A program made the translations under genes and the position numbers. Positions 1-7,855 of a stretch of 56,559 nucleotides of DNA are shown in pieces. Every line of letters starts with the position of its first letter. Position 1 is the stretch's first letter. The stretch comes from Rickettsiales bacterium (GTDB lineage: Bacteria; Pseudomonadota; Alphaproteobacteria; Rickettsiales; JBIKYU01). The stretch is from contig JBIKYU010000003.1 in the NCBI GenBank assembly GCA_044355085.1, positions 1 through 56,559 of the forward strand, read 5' to 3'. The notes under the pieces were generated by a model. The model was not told the DNA's origin. It searched no databases and saw only the letters and a list, made by a program, of their open reading frames with translations.

Positions 1-1
1 C

Positions 2-1858
2 ACTGTTGGATCAGGTTACTTAGCTACCTCATCAACCTTCGCGGCAGTAAGCCAAGAAAACGTTGGTGATACACGCGGCAGTACTATTCTTGCTTTTACT
101 GGAACTGCCGGCGGAGGCAACAACGCAAATATTCGTGTTGGCGATGGCGCTAATTCTACTGATATAACCTTCACCTGGGGTGATGCTGGCACCACTGCAC
201 AGAACTCTGCTGCTGCTGCCGCTGCTTTCGTGACCGCCGCTGCTAATAATATTTCTGCTGTTGCACGCCAATTCACCTATGTTAATTTGGGTAACGGCAC
301 AGTTTCTATAACCGCAACCAATGCTGGCACGCTTGGCTCTAACGCATTAAGCACAATCAACGACACAACTTTCACCATGACTAATGATGGTGGTGATGGT
401 TTAGCAGGTGGTACTGGTTTGCTTTTAGATAACGTTTTCCTTGGTGGCGATAATATCGTCACTGATTCAGGAGGAGGAGGATTAGGAGCAGGAGGAGCTG
501 AAAGCATAAACAGTTCTAACGCTGCTTATCGCACTCTTGGCGCTAACCGCACCGATACTGATGCAACTTGGGATGCCGCTTTGCAAGGTAAATTCAGCAA
601 TTTTGAAGCAAGCTATGTTCAAGGTGCTGGTGGTGATTCAAACGGTGTTATTTTCACTGTTACTGTGAATGATAAACAATATGTTTCACAAAAAGTATCT
701 TTGACAGGATATTCTGGCATCAATAACCGCGGTAATACTATCGCTGCCAACCAGCAAATTAGCTTCTCACGCTCTGATGGTCGCCAAAATTCAAGCGGAA
801 CTTACACTGACAACGCTTTCACTTTAAAATGGGGAGAATCTACAACAATCAGCGGAACTACAGTAACTGAAGCCAATCTTTCACTTGATGCAATTGCAAC
901 CAGCCTAGGTTCTCAGCTAGCCAACAACACAATCGTTCAAGATCGTAACGTTGGTATGGCAGTTGTTTCCGCTGCTGATGATCGGATTAAATCAGCAATT
1001 GGTACGGTGTTTAACGGTATCCAAGGTTATGATGCAGCCAGCAACGCACAAGGTGATATAACACTTGTAAGCGATGGTTACACATCAGATGGATCTCATG
1101 GTCGTATCGGTGCTTTCACTTTCGATAAAGACACTGGTATCATGAGCACCAGCATTGATGGCACGGTTTACACTGCTGATTTAAGTACAACCAGCGATCC
1201 TGAAGCAACAACTGGTCAAGGTTATTTATCTGGTGGTGTTGGTAGCACTGCTTACAACACAAGTACGAAAGTTTTCACTTTCACTAATGGAACCATCGTG
1301 CTCCGTACTGCTTCAACTGCTGACCATAAAGCTCTGCATATCAATCTTAGCAACACCACTACATCTTCTTTGACATTATCTACTGATGACTCAGTGAAAT
1401 CTTTCACCGACGCATTGAATAATATCTTCGATGTATCAGCGAGCGATTCTCTATCATTCCAGGTAGGTGTGGCAGCAAATGACGAAATCAGTGTTGCTCT
1501 AGCTGGTGCACGCACTGATGATTTGTATCTTGATTCAACAGGAAACATTCTAACCTTGGATATCAGCACGCAGCCTGGTGCTATTGCAGCATCAAACGCG
1601 CTTGATACCGCGATTAACTTGAGCGTTTCTCTAATCTCAGATGCAAACGCAACGTTAAGCCGATTGGATTCAGCACGTTCTAACAACGAAATCGGTATTC
1701 AAAATAGTGAATCAGCACGTAGCGCATTGCTCGATACTGACTACTCTTCTGAATCAACAGTTTTCGCAGAATCAACTGTAATGCAACAAGCTGGTCTTTC
1801 TATGCTTGCACAAAGTAATTCTCGAGTGAATCAAGTACTTTCGCTCTTAAGACAGTAA
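2..1858 (+). CDS. fliC: Flagellin, 5'-truncated by the window edge (reading frame open from base 2)
   Basis: Frame 2 has no stop between base 2 and the GTG at 230 used by the ORF track. The C-terminus (LSRLDSARSNNEIGIQNSESARSALLDTDYSSESTVFAESTVMQQAGLSMLAQSNSRVNQVLSLLRQ) matches the conserved flagellin C-terminal helices. A terminator follows, then fliD-fliS. Confidence 0.85.
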   Translation, partial: TVGSGYLATSSTFAAVSQENVGDTRGSTILAFTGTAGGGNNANIRVGDGANSTDITFTWGDAGTTAQNSAAAAAAFVTAAANNISAVARQFTYVNLGNGTVSITATNAGTLGSNALSTINDTTFTMTNDGGDGLAGGTGLLLDNVFLGGDNIVTDSGGGGLGAGGAESINSSNAAYRTLGANRTDTDATWDAALQGKFSNFEASYVQGAGGDSNGVIFTVTVNDKQYVSQKVSLTGYSGINNRGNTIAANQQISFSRSDGRQNSSGTYTDNAFTLKWGESTTISGTTVTEANLSLDAIATSLGSQLANNTIVQDRNVGMAVVSAADDRIKSAIGTVFNGIQGYDAASNAQGDITLVSDGYTSDGSHGRIGAFTFDKDTGIMSTSIDGTVYTADLSTTSDPEATTGQGYLSGGVGSTAYNTSTKVFTFTNGTIVLRTASTADHKALHINLSNTTTSSLTLSTDDSVKSFTDALNNIFDVSASDSLSFQVGVAANDEISVALAGARTDDLYLDSTGNILTLDISTQPGAIAASNALDTAINLSVSLISDANATLSRLDSARSNNEIGIQNSESARSALLDTDYSSESTVFAESTVMQQAGLSMLAQSNSRVNQVLSLLRQ

Positions 1859-1871
1859 TCATGACGTTTTG

Positions 1872-1903
1872 ATCCAGGGGTCTAAGCGCCCCTGGATTTT
1901 TTT
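1872..1903 (+). terminator. Rho-independent terminator after the flagellin gene
   Basis: Stem atccagggg / cccctggat (9 bp), loop tctaagcg, then a T7 run, located 14 nt after the flagellin stop. Confidence 0.7.
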
Positions 1904-1920
1904 ATCTTAAAGAGGACGAG

Positions 1921-3672
1921 ATGGTTGCAATTAACCTCGGTTCTTTCAACACACAAAACGGTCGCTTAACTGCTGGTTCCGTTACTTCTGGCTTAGATTC
2001 AAAAGCTGTTATCGATGCAGTTTTAAAAAGCAAAGAAACAGAAATAAAAACCAAGAAAGATAACATAACTGCAAATGATAAAGTCATCTCAACTCTTGGA
2101 ACTCTGAAAAATCTTCTCTCCACTTTCCGCACCGCAAGCAATGCGCTACGCTCTCCCCCTGGATCAGCAAATTCCAGCAGCGACGCTTTTTCTTTTCGCA
2201 ACGCTACTGTTTCATCCAACACTGCAATTTCTGGATCGACTTATTTAAGCGTCAGCACTGATTCATCAGCGTTGGTTGGCAATTACTCAATCAGCAATGT
2301 AGTAACCGCAAAAGCGCACACAATTCGTAAAGATGGCTTCACCGACCGCACCTCAAGCGTTGTTGGCGCTGCTCTAACTTTTGCAGCTGGAAATTTTACT
2401 CTGAATGGCACTAGCATTACCTTGGCTACAGGAGATTCTCTCAGCGATATAAAATTCAAAATCAACGCTGTTACCGATACAACTGGCGTTGAGGCAGACA
2501 TAGTACAAGTTTCCTCATCAAGCTTTAGCCTTATTTTACGCTCATCCGAAACTGGTGTGACCAACGATATCGACGAATATAATGAAGCACTAAATCAAAT
2601 TCAGTTTGGTGCTGATATTGAAAGCTTCTCTGAAATTTCTGCTGGCACTGATGCTTCATTTCAAATTAACGGACAAACCGTAACTCGCTCATCAAATGTT
2701 ATTGATGACGTTATTGATAACCTAACTTTTACTCTACTGAAAAACACCCCAACACCAGATGACGGAACAATAGTAACTGCCTCAGTTACAGCCGACACAA
2801 CCACAGTTAAAAATTCAGTTATAACTTTTATAAATGCCTATAACGATTTGAAACTTTTTATCGCCAAACAACAAGAGCGCGATAATGACGGCGTTCTCAA
2901 AGACACTGCCATACTCGGCAATGAAAATTCTCTCGATACAATTGTCAATGATATATCACAGCACCTCAATCACTCAGTAACTGGCCTTGCAAGCGGCGCT
3001 CTCAATACCCTGGCAGAAATAGGCATAACCTTTACTGATTACGCTGGTGATTCAGAAAATCCAGCAACTGCAAATATTCTTACCATTGATGACAATAAAT
3101 TCGATACGCAACTAAGCAGCAGTCTTGATGTTTTGCGTCGTGTTTTCGGTTTTGATTTTATCGCTAATTCTTCAGAAATTGGCGTCTATGAACGCACAAA
3201 TGCAGCCACCGAAACCAGCTTCAAACTTGATATTGACCTAACTCGCGCCAGCGGAAATCAAATTCGCGTTTTAAACTCAGCCACTAGCGCGTTTCTCTAC
3301 AATATGGATTATGCAGATGGCTTGTTAAGCGGAAAAACTGGAACTGACCTAGAAGGCTTAACCATAATTTACACAGGTGATGACACTGCAAATATCACTG
3401 TTACAGCCACACAAGGAATTGCTGATCGTTTGTATAACGTGCTCGATACTTATCTAACCGACATTACAGGACTCGTTGATTTAACGATTGATAAATATGC
3501 TGATCTCAACACCAGAGCCGAGGATGAAATCGAGCGGCTTGATGAATTTATGACTTCCGAACGAGAATATTTAATTGGTCGCTTTTCTCAACTTGAAGCA
3601 ACTGTCGCCAAATTTAATTCCGTTCTCGATTATTTCACTGCTTTGCAAAGCGCACAGCAAGCCAACAATTAG
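1921..3672 (+). CDS. fliD: Flagellar filament cap protein FliD
   Basis: N-terminus (GSVTSGLDSKAVIDAVLKSKETEIKTKKDNITANDKVISTLGTLKNLL) and C-terminal coiled coil are typical of FliD. RBS aagagga sits upstream. The gene lies between fliC and fliS. Confidence 0.85.
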   Translation: MVAINLGSFNTQNGRLTAGSVTSGLDSKAVIDAVLKSKETEIKTKKDNITANDKVISTLGTLKNLLSTFRTASNALRSPPGSANSSSDAFSFRNATVSSNTAISGSTYLSVSTDSSALVGNYSISNVVTAKAHTIRKDGFTDRTSSVVGAALTFAAGNFTLNGTSITLATGDSLSDIKFKINAVTDTTGVEADIVQVSSSSFSLILRSSETGVTNDIDEYNEALNQIQFGADIESFSEISAGTDASFQINGQTVTRSSNVIDDVIDNLTFTLLKNTPTPDDGTIVTASVTADTTTVKNSVITFINAYNDLKLFIAKQQERDNDGVLKDTAILGNENSLDTIVNDISQHLNHSVTGLASGALNTLAEIGITFTDYAGDSENPATANILTIDDNKFDTQLSSSLDVLRRVFGFDFIANSSEIGVYERTNAATETSFKLDIDLTRASGNQIRVLNSATSAFLYNMDYADGLLSGKTGTDLEGLTIIYTGDDTANITVTATQGIADRLYNVLDTYLTDITGLVDLTIDKYADLNTRAEDEIERLDEFMTSEREYLIGRFSQLEATVAKFNSVLDYFTALQSAQQANN

Positions 3673-3695
3673 ATTTTATGAGGAGAATAAAACCA

Positions 3696-4142
3696 ATGCG
3701 CCAAAATAATAACGGCTACCAAGCTTATCAACGCAGCGAAGAAACCCTCTCAGGCGTTCCCGCAATTCTTGCCGTTTATGATGCAATTAGCAGTCATATT
3801 TATCGCGCTATCGATGCGATTGAAAAAGGAGATTTCGAAGCGCGCTATAACTCGATTACACGCGCTTGTGAAGGCTTACTTGCCATGCGCGGCACTCTGG
3901 ATTTTGATAGCGCAAAAACCGCTGCCGAAGCGCTTGATCGTTTTTATGAAACAATGGATGCACGATTAATGCAGGTTCATTTCTCCAATGAAATTTCCAT
4001 TTGCCAAGAAGTCATTAACAATATCAGTCGCGTTCGCCGCGCTTGGGAAAGCATCGAGCAATATCAAACGAATGAAATCTCTGCTGAAAAAAACAGCTCA
4101 ATCTACAATCAATCCTCTGAAACAATGCTCGTTACTGCATAA
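3696..4142 (+). CDS. fliS: Flagellin-specific chaperone FliS
   Basis: MRQNNNGYQAYQ... aligns with FliS N-termini, and the 4-helix-bundle region (AIEKGDFEARYNSITRACEGLLAMRGTLDF) fits the family. AGGAG lies 10 nt upstream of the ATG at 3696. The ORF-track start at 3678 has no RBS. Confidence 0.85.
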   Translation: MRQNNNGYQAYQRSEETLSGVPAILAVYDAISSHIYRAIDAIEKGDFEARYNSITRACEGLLAMRGTLDFDSAKTAAEALDRFYETMDARLMQVHFSNEISICQEVINNISRVRRAWESIEQYQTNEISAEKNSSIYNQSSETMLVTA

Positions 4143-4236
4143 GCGCACTTGAGGAACATTGACTGCTCGCAAAAAAATCTTATTTAAGAGGCGCTAAAAA
4201 AAAATTCTTAGAAACAGCAAATAAAAAACAATCGCA

Positions 4237-5484
4237 TTGGCAAAAATTATGGTTTCCCTCGCTCATCCCAAGCGCCACCTGACAGCCGCCGTAAAAATTG
4301 GCTCCGTTTGGATGGGCGGAGATCATCCAGTTGTTGTTCAGTCAATGACCAACACTGACACCGCAGATGTTGAATCTACAACCAAGCAAATCATTGAACT
4401 TGCTGAAGCTGGATCGGAAATTGTCCGCATCACTGTCAATAACGAAGCCTCAGCCAAAGCCGTTCCCTATATAATTGACAAACTGCACGCAAAAAATTTC
4501 TCCACACCAATCGTCGGAGACTTCCATTATAACGGCCATCGGCTGCTAAAAGATTTCCCCGATTGCGCGAAAGCCCTTGCTAAATATCGTATAAATCCTG
4601 GCAATGTCGGGTTTGGCGAAAAGCATGATCTGCAATTTCGCCTGATGATAGAAGCAGCAATCGAGCATAACAAACCAGTTAGAATAGGCGTTAACTGGGG
4701 CAGCCTTGACAATTCTCTCGCCACCGCCTTGATGGATAAAAACGCCGCACTAAAAGATCCTTTGCCAGCCAATGATATTTTGCGTGAAGCGCTGATCATC
4801 TCAGCTCTTACCAGTGCAGAAAAAGCCATGGAATATGGCCTGATGAAAGATAAAATCGTTCTCTCCTGCAAAGTAAGTCGCGTACAGGATTTAATCGCTG
4901 TTTATCGCGAACTAGCTCAGCGCTGCGATTTTGCTCTGCATCTTGGTTTGACTGAAGCGGGAATGGGATCAAAAGGCATTGTCGCCTCAACTGCGGCTCT
5001 TTCTGTGCTTCTACAAGAAGGAATTGGCGATACAATTCGCGTGTCTCTAACACCAAAGCCAGATGAATCTAGAACGACAGAAGTCATAGTCTCGCAGCAA
5101 ATTCTGCAAACCATGGGCCTGCGTGCATTTTCACCTCTAGTTTCCGCCTGCCCTGGCTGCGGCCGCACAACCAGCACATATTTTCAAGATCTTGCAGATA
5201 AAATTCAAACTTTCATTCAAACACAAATGCCAATCTGGAAGCAAAAATATCCTGGCGTTGAAAATCTCAATATCGCCGTAATGGGCTGCATTGTTAATGG
5301 ACCTGGCGAAAGTAAACATGCAGATATTGGCATCAGCCTTCCAGGCACTGGCGAGCAACCTGTTGCTCCAGTTTTCATTGATGGGGAAAAAACCCATACT
5401 CTGCGCGGCGATCATATTGCCGAGGAATTCCAAGCGCTGCTTTGTAGCTATATTGACAAACGTTTTGCCAAAAAATCTGCCTGA
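4237..5484 (+). CDS. ispG: 4-hydroxy-3-methylbut-2-enyl diphosphate synthase (MEP pathway)
   Basis: Full-length GcpE/IspG-like sequence ([38 protein letters not shown]). The start could be TTG 4237 or ATG 4249. Confidence 0.93.
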   Translation: MAKIMVSLAHPKRHLTAAVKIGSVWMGGDHPVVVQSMTNTDTADVESTTKQIIELAEAGSEIVRITVNNEASAKAVPYIIDKLHAKNFSTPIVGDFHYNGHRLLKDFPDCAKALAKYRINPGNVGFGEKHDLQFRLMIEAAIEHNKPVRIGVNWGSLDNSLATALMDKNAALKDPLPANDILREALIISALTSAEKAMEYGLMKDKIVLSCKVSRVQDLIAVYRELAQRCDFALHLGLTEAGMGSKGIVASTAALSVLLQEGIGDTIRVSLTPKPDESRTTEVIVSQQILQTMGLRAFSPLVSACPGCGRTTSTYFQDLADKIQTFIQTQMPIWKQKYPGVENLNIAVMGCIVNGPGESKHADIGISLPGTGEQPVAPVFIDGEKTHTLRGDHIAEEFQALLCSYIDKRFAKKSA

Positions 5485-5682
5485 TTTTTCTAAATTCCCT
5501 AAAAATTCTCATAAAAAAACTGTTTCATCCATATGCAGCTGCTCTGCCTACAGGCCTGAAACACAGGCAAATCCAGCCTTTAGTAGGTATTACATCGCAT
5601 TTACCCTATATGCTCCAAAAAATATTCTCATTAAATATTGTTTAAACAAATCAAGATATTATCTGAAACATGAACGCGAGAT

Positions 5683-5718
5683 AAGCGGGGGTGATGGTCC
5701 TCCGCTTTACTTTTTTTT
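5683..5718 (+). terminator. Strong intrinsic terminator about 200 nt downstream of ispG (orphan)
   Basis: Stem aagcggggg / cctccgctt (9 bp with one G-U pair), loop tgatggt, then tac plus a T8 run. Confidence 0.55.
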
Positions 5719-6018
5719 AGCACAGCAGATTCCAAGAAATTTAAAATATTTTCTAATGCCATTTCAGATCTTTAAAAAACAGAGCAAGTTCTTTTTCATC
5801 TGTGTATCAATGAAAAATCATCAACATCATAAAAAGAATTATCTAGCTAATAAAAAAGATCAAGAACATCTATTAACCTGTTTTCTAAAAACAGGAATTT
5901 AGATATTTGATTCCAGCAGCAATATTGCATCAGCGTTTTTTCCGAAGATAACGCATTGCTTGACCAAAAAAGCACAAGCAGCTACGAAGAACCTCCCGTC
6001 AGAAAAAATCGGTACGCT

Positions 6019-7008
6019 ATGCAAAACAAGAAACTAAAAATCGCCATCCAAATGGATGACATAACAAGCATCAAACCAAAAACCGATTCCAGCCTTTTGC
6101 TCGGACTTGGCGCCCAAAAACGTGGACACCAGATTTTCATCTATCAGCCGCAAGAAGCTTTCCTTCTAAACAACGAATTATTTGCCACGCTGCATGAAAC
6201 AACACTTTTCGACGACCAAACTAAATGGCATGAAGAAAATCTCAAAAATGAAAAAGCAAGAATCGTGCCATTATCAGAAATGGATGTGATTTTAATTCGA
6301 CAAGACCCTCCTTTTGATCTTTCCTACATCACTTACACTTATTGGCTTGAACAATTGCCAAGAACTTTAGTTCTGAATCCACCAAGGGCCTTGCGCGATT
6401 GCCCAGAGAAATTATTCGTCACCCACTTCCCCGAATACACACCACCAACTTTAATCAGCAGCGATCCACAAATAATCGCCGATTTCCATCGCAACCATGA
6501 AGATATCGTCCTAAAGCCTCTATACAGCTTTGGCGGACAAGATGTTTTTCACATTGATAAAAACAGCGACAATCTCGACGCCATCATTTCTGCCCTTCTC
6601 CGCTTACATAACAGCCCGATAATTGCCCAAGCTTTCCTAAAAGCGGTAATTGAAAAAGGCGACACTCGCGTGATCATGATTGACGGAGAAATTGCGGGAA
6701 TTTTGAAACGCATTCCTAAGGAAAACAGCATTCGCGCCAATCTTGCCGCAGGTGGACGCGGCGAAAAAGGTAGCCTCACCGAGCGCGAGCATGAATGCTG
6801 TATAACTGTTGGAAGAGAGCTAAAAAAACGCGGAATAATTCTCGCAGGAATCGACTTAATCGACGACCATCTGATCGAGATCAATATCACCTCACCCACA
6901 GGACTGCGCGCAATTAACGCTCTAACTGGTGCAAATTTAGAGCAGCAATTCTGGGACGTAGCCGAAAATATCTTTCAGCAAAAAAATAAAAAACATGCAA
7001 TGGAATGA
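6019..7008 (+). CDS. gshB: Glutathione synthetase (ATP-grasp)
   Basis: Collinear with E. coli GshB motifs (RQDPPFD, LRDCPEKLF, ANLAAGGRGE, EINITSPTG). ATG 6019 (MQNKKLKIAIQMD) aligns with the family N-terminus. The ORF-track TTG at 5956 is probably too far upstream. Confidence 0.9.
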   Translation: MQNKKLKIAIQMDDITSIKPKTDSSLLLGLGAQKRGHQIFIYQPQEAFLLNNELFATLHETTLFDDQTKWHEENLKNEKARIVPLSEMDVILIRQDPPFDLSYITYTYWLEQLPRTLVLNPPRALRDCPEKLFVTHFPEYTPPTLISSDPQIIADFHRNHEDIVLKPLYSFGGQDVFHIDKNSDNLDAIISALLRLHNSPIIAQAFLKAVIEKGDTRVIMIDGEIAGILKRIPKENSIRANLAAGGRGEKGSLTEREHECCITVGRELKKRGIILAGIDLIDDHLIEINITSPTGLRAINALTGANLEQQFWDVAENIFQQKNKKHAME

Positions 7009-7741
7009 TCAGGGAATTGTTCTTTCTATCCGCCCTTTTGGCGAAGGAAAAGCAATCGTAACTTTACTCACCGAAAATCACGGCAAAGCCAGCGGCCTCT
7101 GTCGCGGAACAAGCAAACCAAGCACTAGAGGGCTTTTGCAAACTGGCAACCTACTTTGCGCCGACTGGCGCGGACGCTTAGCCGAACATCTTGGCGCATT
7201 CACACTAGAACTACGAAAACCATATGCAGCACAAATTTTTCATCTTCCAACCGCACTGGAATTACTTTGCAGCGCGTGCGAATTATGCCAAAACTCTTTG
7301 GCCGAACACGACCCGCACCCGCTGCTGTTTAAGCAATTATGTGCTTTGCTAGAAGCGCTAAACAGCAAGAAAAATCCGCTTTTTTCCTATCTCAATTTTG
7401 AATTACAATTGCTTGAAGCTGCAGGATTTGCTCTTGATTTATCGCACTGCGCCGCAACCGGACAAACCGAATCGCTATTTTATATTTCACCAAAAACTGG
7501 CCGCGCTGTAAGCAAAGAAGCTGGAAAACCTTATCACGACAGGCTTTTCCGATTGCCAGAAATTCTCCGCGCAGGAAACCACAATAGCAGCATAGAAGAT
7601 TGCAAATTAGCACTCGAAATTACTGGTTTTTTTCTGCAAAACCATATTCTCTCCACCCAACAAAAGCAGCTCCCTAACTCGCGCTCCCGCGCATTATCAT
7701 TTTTCTTCGAAGAAAATCTTAAAGCGGCCTTGGCTCACTAA
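6995..7741 (+). CDS. recO: DNA repair protein RecO
   Basis: N-terminal OB fold (MQWNDQGIVLSIRPFGEGKAIVTLLTENHGK) and typical length. It overlaps the gshB end by 14 nt. Confidence 0.8.
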   Translation: MQWNDQGIVLSIRPFGEGKAIVTLLTENHGKASGLCRGTSKPSTRGLLQTGNLLCADWRGRLAEHLGAFTLELRKPYAAQIFHLPTALELLCSACELCQNSLAEHDPHPLLFKQLCALLEALNSKKNPLFSYLNFELQLLEAAGFALDLSHCAATGQTESLFYISPKTGRAVSKEAGKPYHDRLFRLPEILRAGNHNSSIEDCKLALEITGFFLQNHILSTQQKQLPNSRSRALSFFFEENLKAALAH

Positions 7742-7780
7742 AACAAGATTTGTAAGGGTTACCCAACTATTCGTTATCAT

Positions 7781-7820
7781 GAAAAATCCGAAGCAAAAGG
7801 CTGGATTAAAAACACAGCCT
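7781..7820 (-). terminator. Putative terminator of LRR gene 1 (inside the duplicated 3' flank)
   Basis: On the minus strand: AGGCTG-11 nt-CAGCCT followed by TTTGCTTCGGATTTTT. Confidence 0.4.
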
Positions 7821-7855
7821 CAAGCTTCAAATTATAAATAAGTGTAAATAGTTGA

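Noticed and set aside
2-1858. Flagellin with an embedded enzymatic (flagellinolysin-type metalloprotease) domain
   Set aside because: There is no HExxH or other catalytic motif in the visible 618 aa. The insert looks like a repetitive T/S/G/N-rich structural domain.
5291-5902. 203-aa plus-strand ORF spanning the ispG 3' end and the following intergenic region
   Set aside because: It is out of frame with the well-supported ispG. The part beyond 5484 translates to AT-rich, K/F/L/N-biased sequence with no RBS or motif, and it runs through a strong terminator hairpin.
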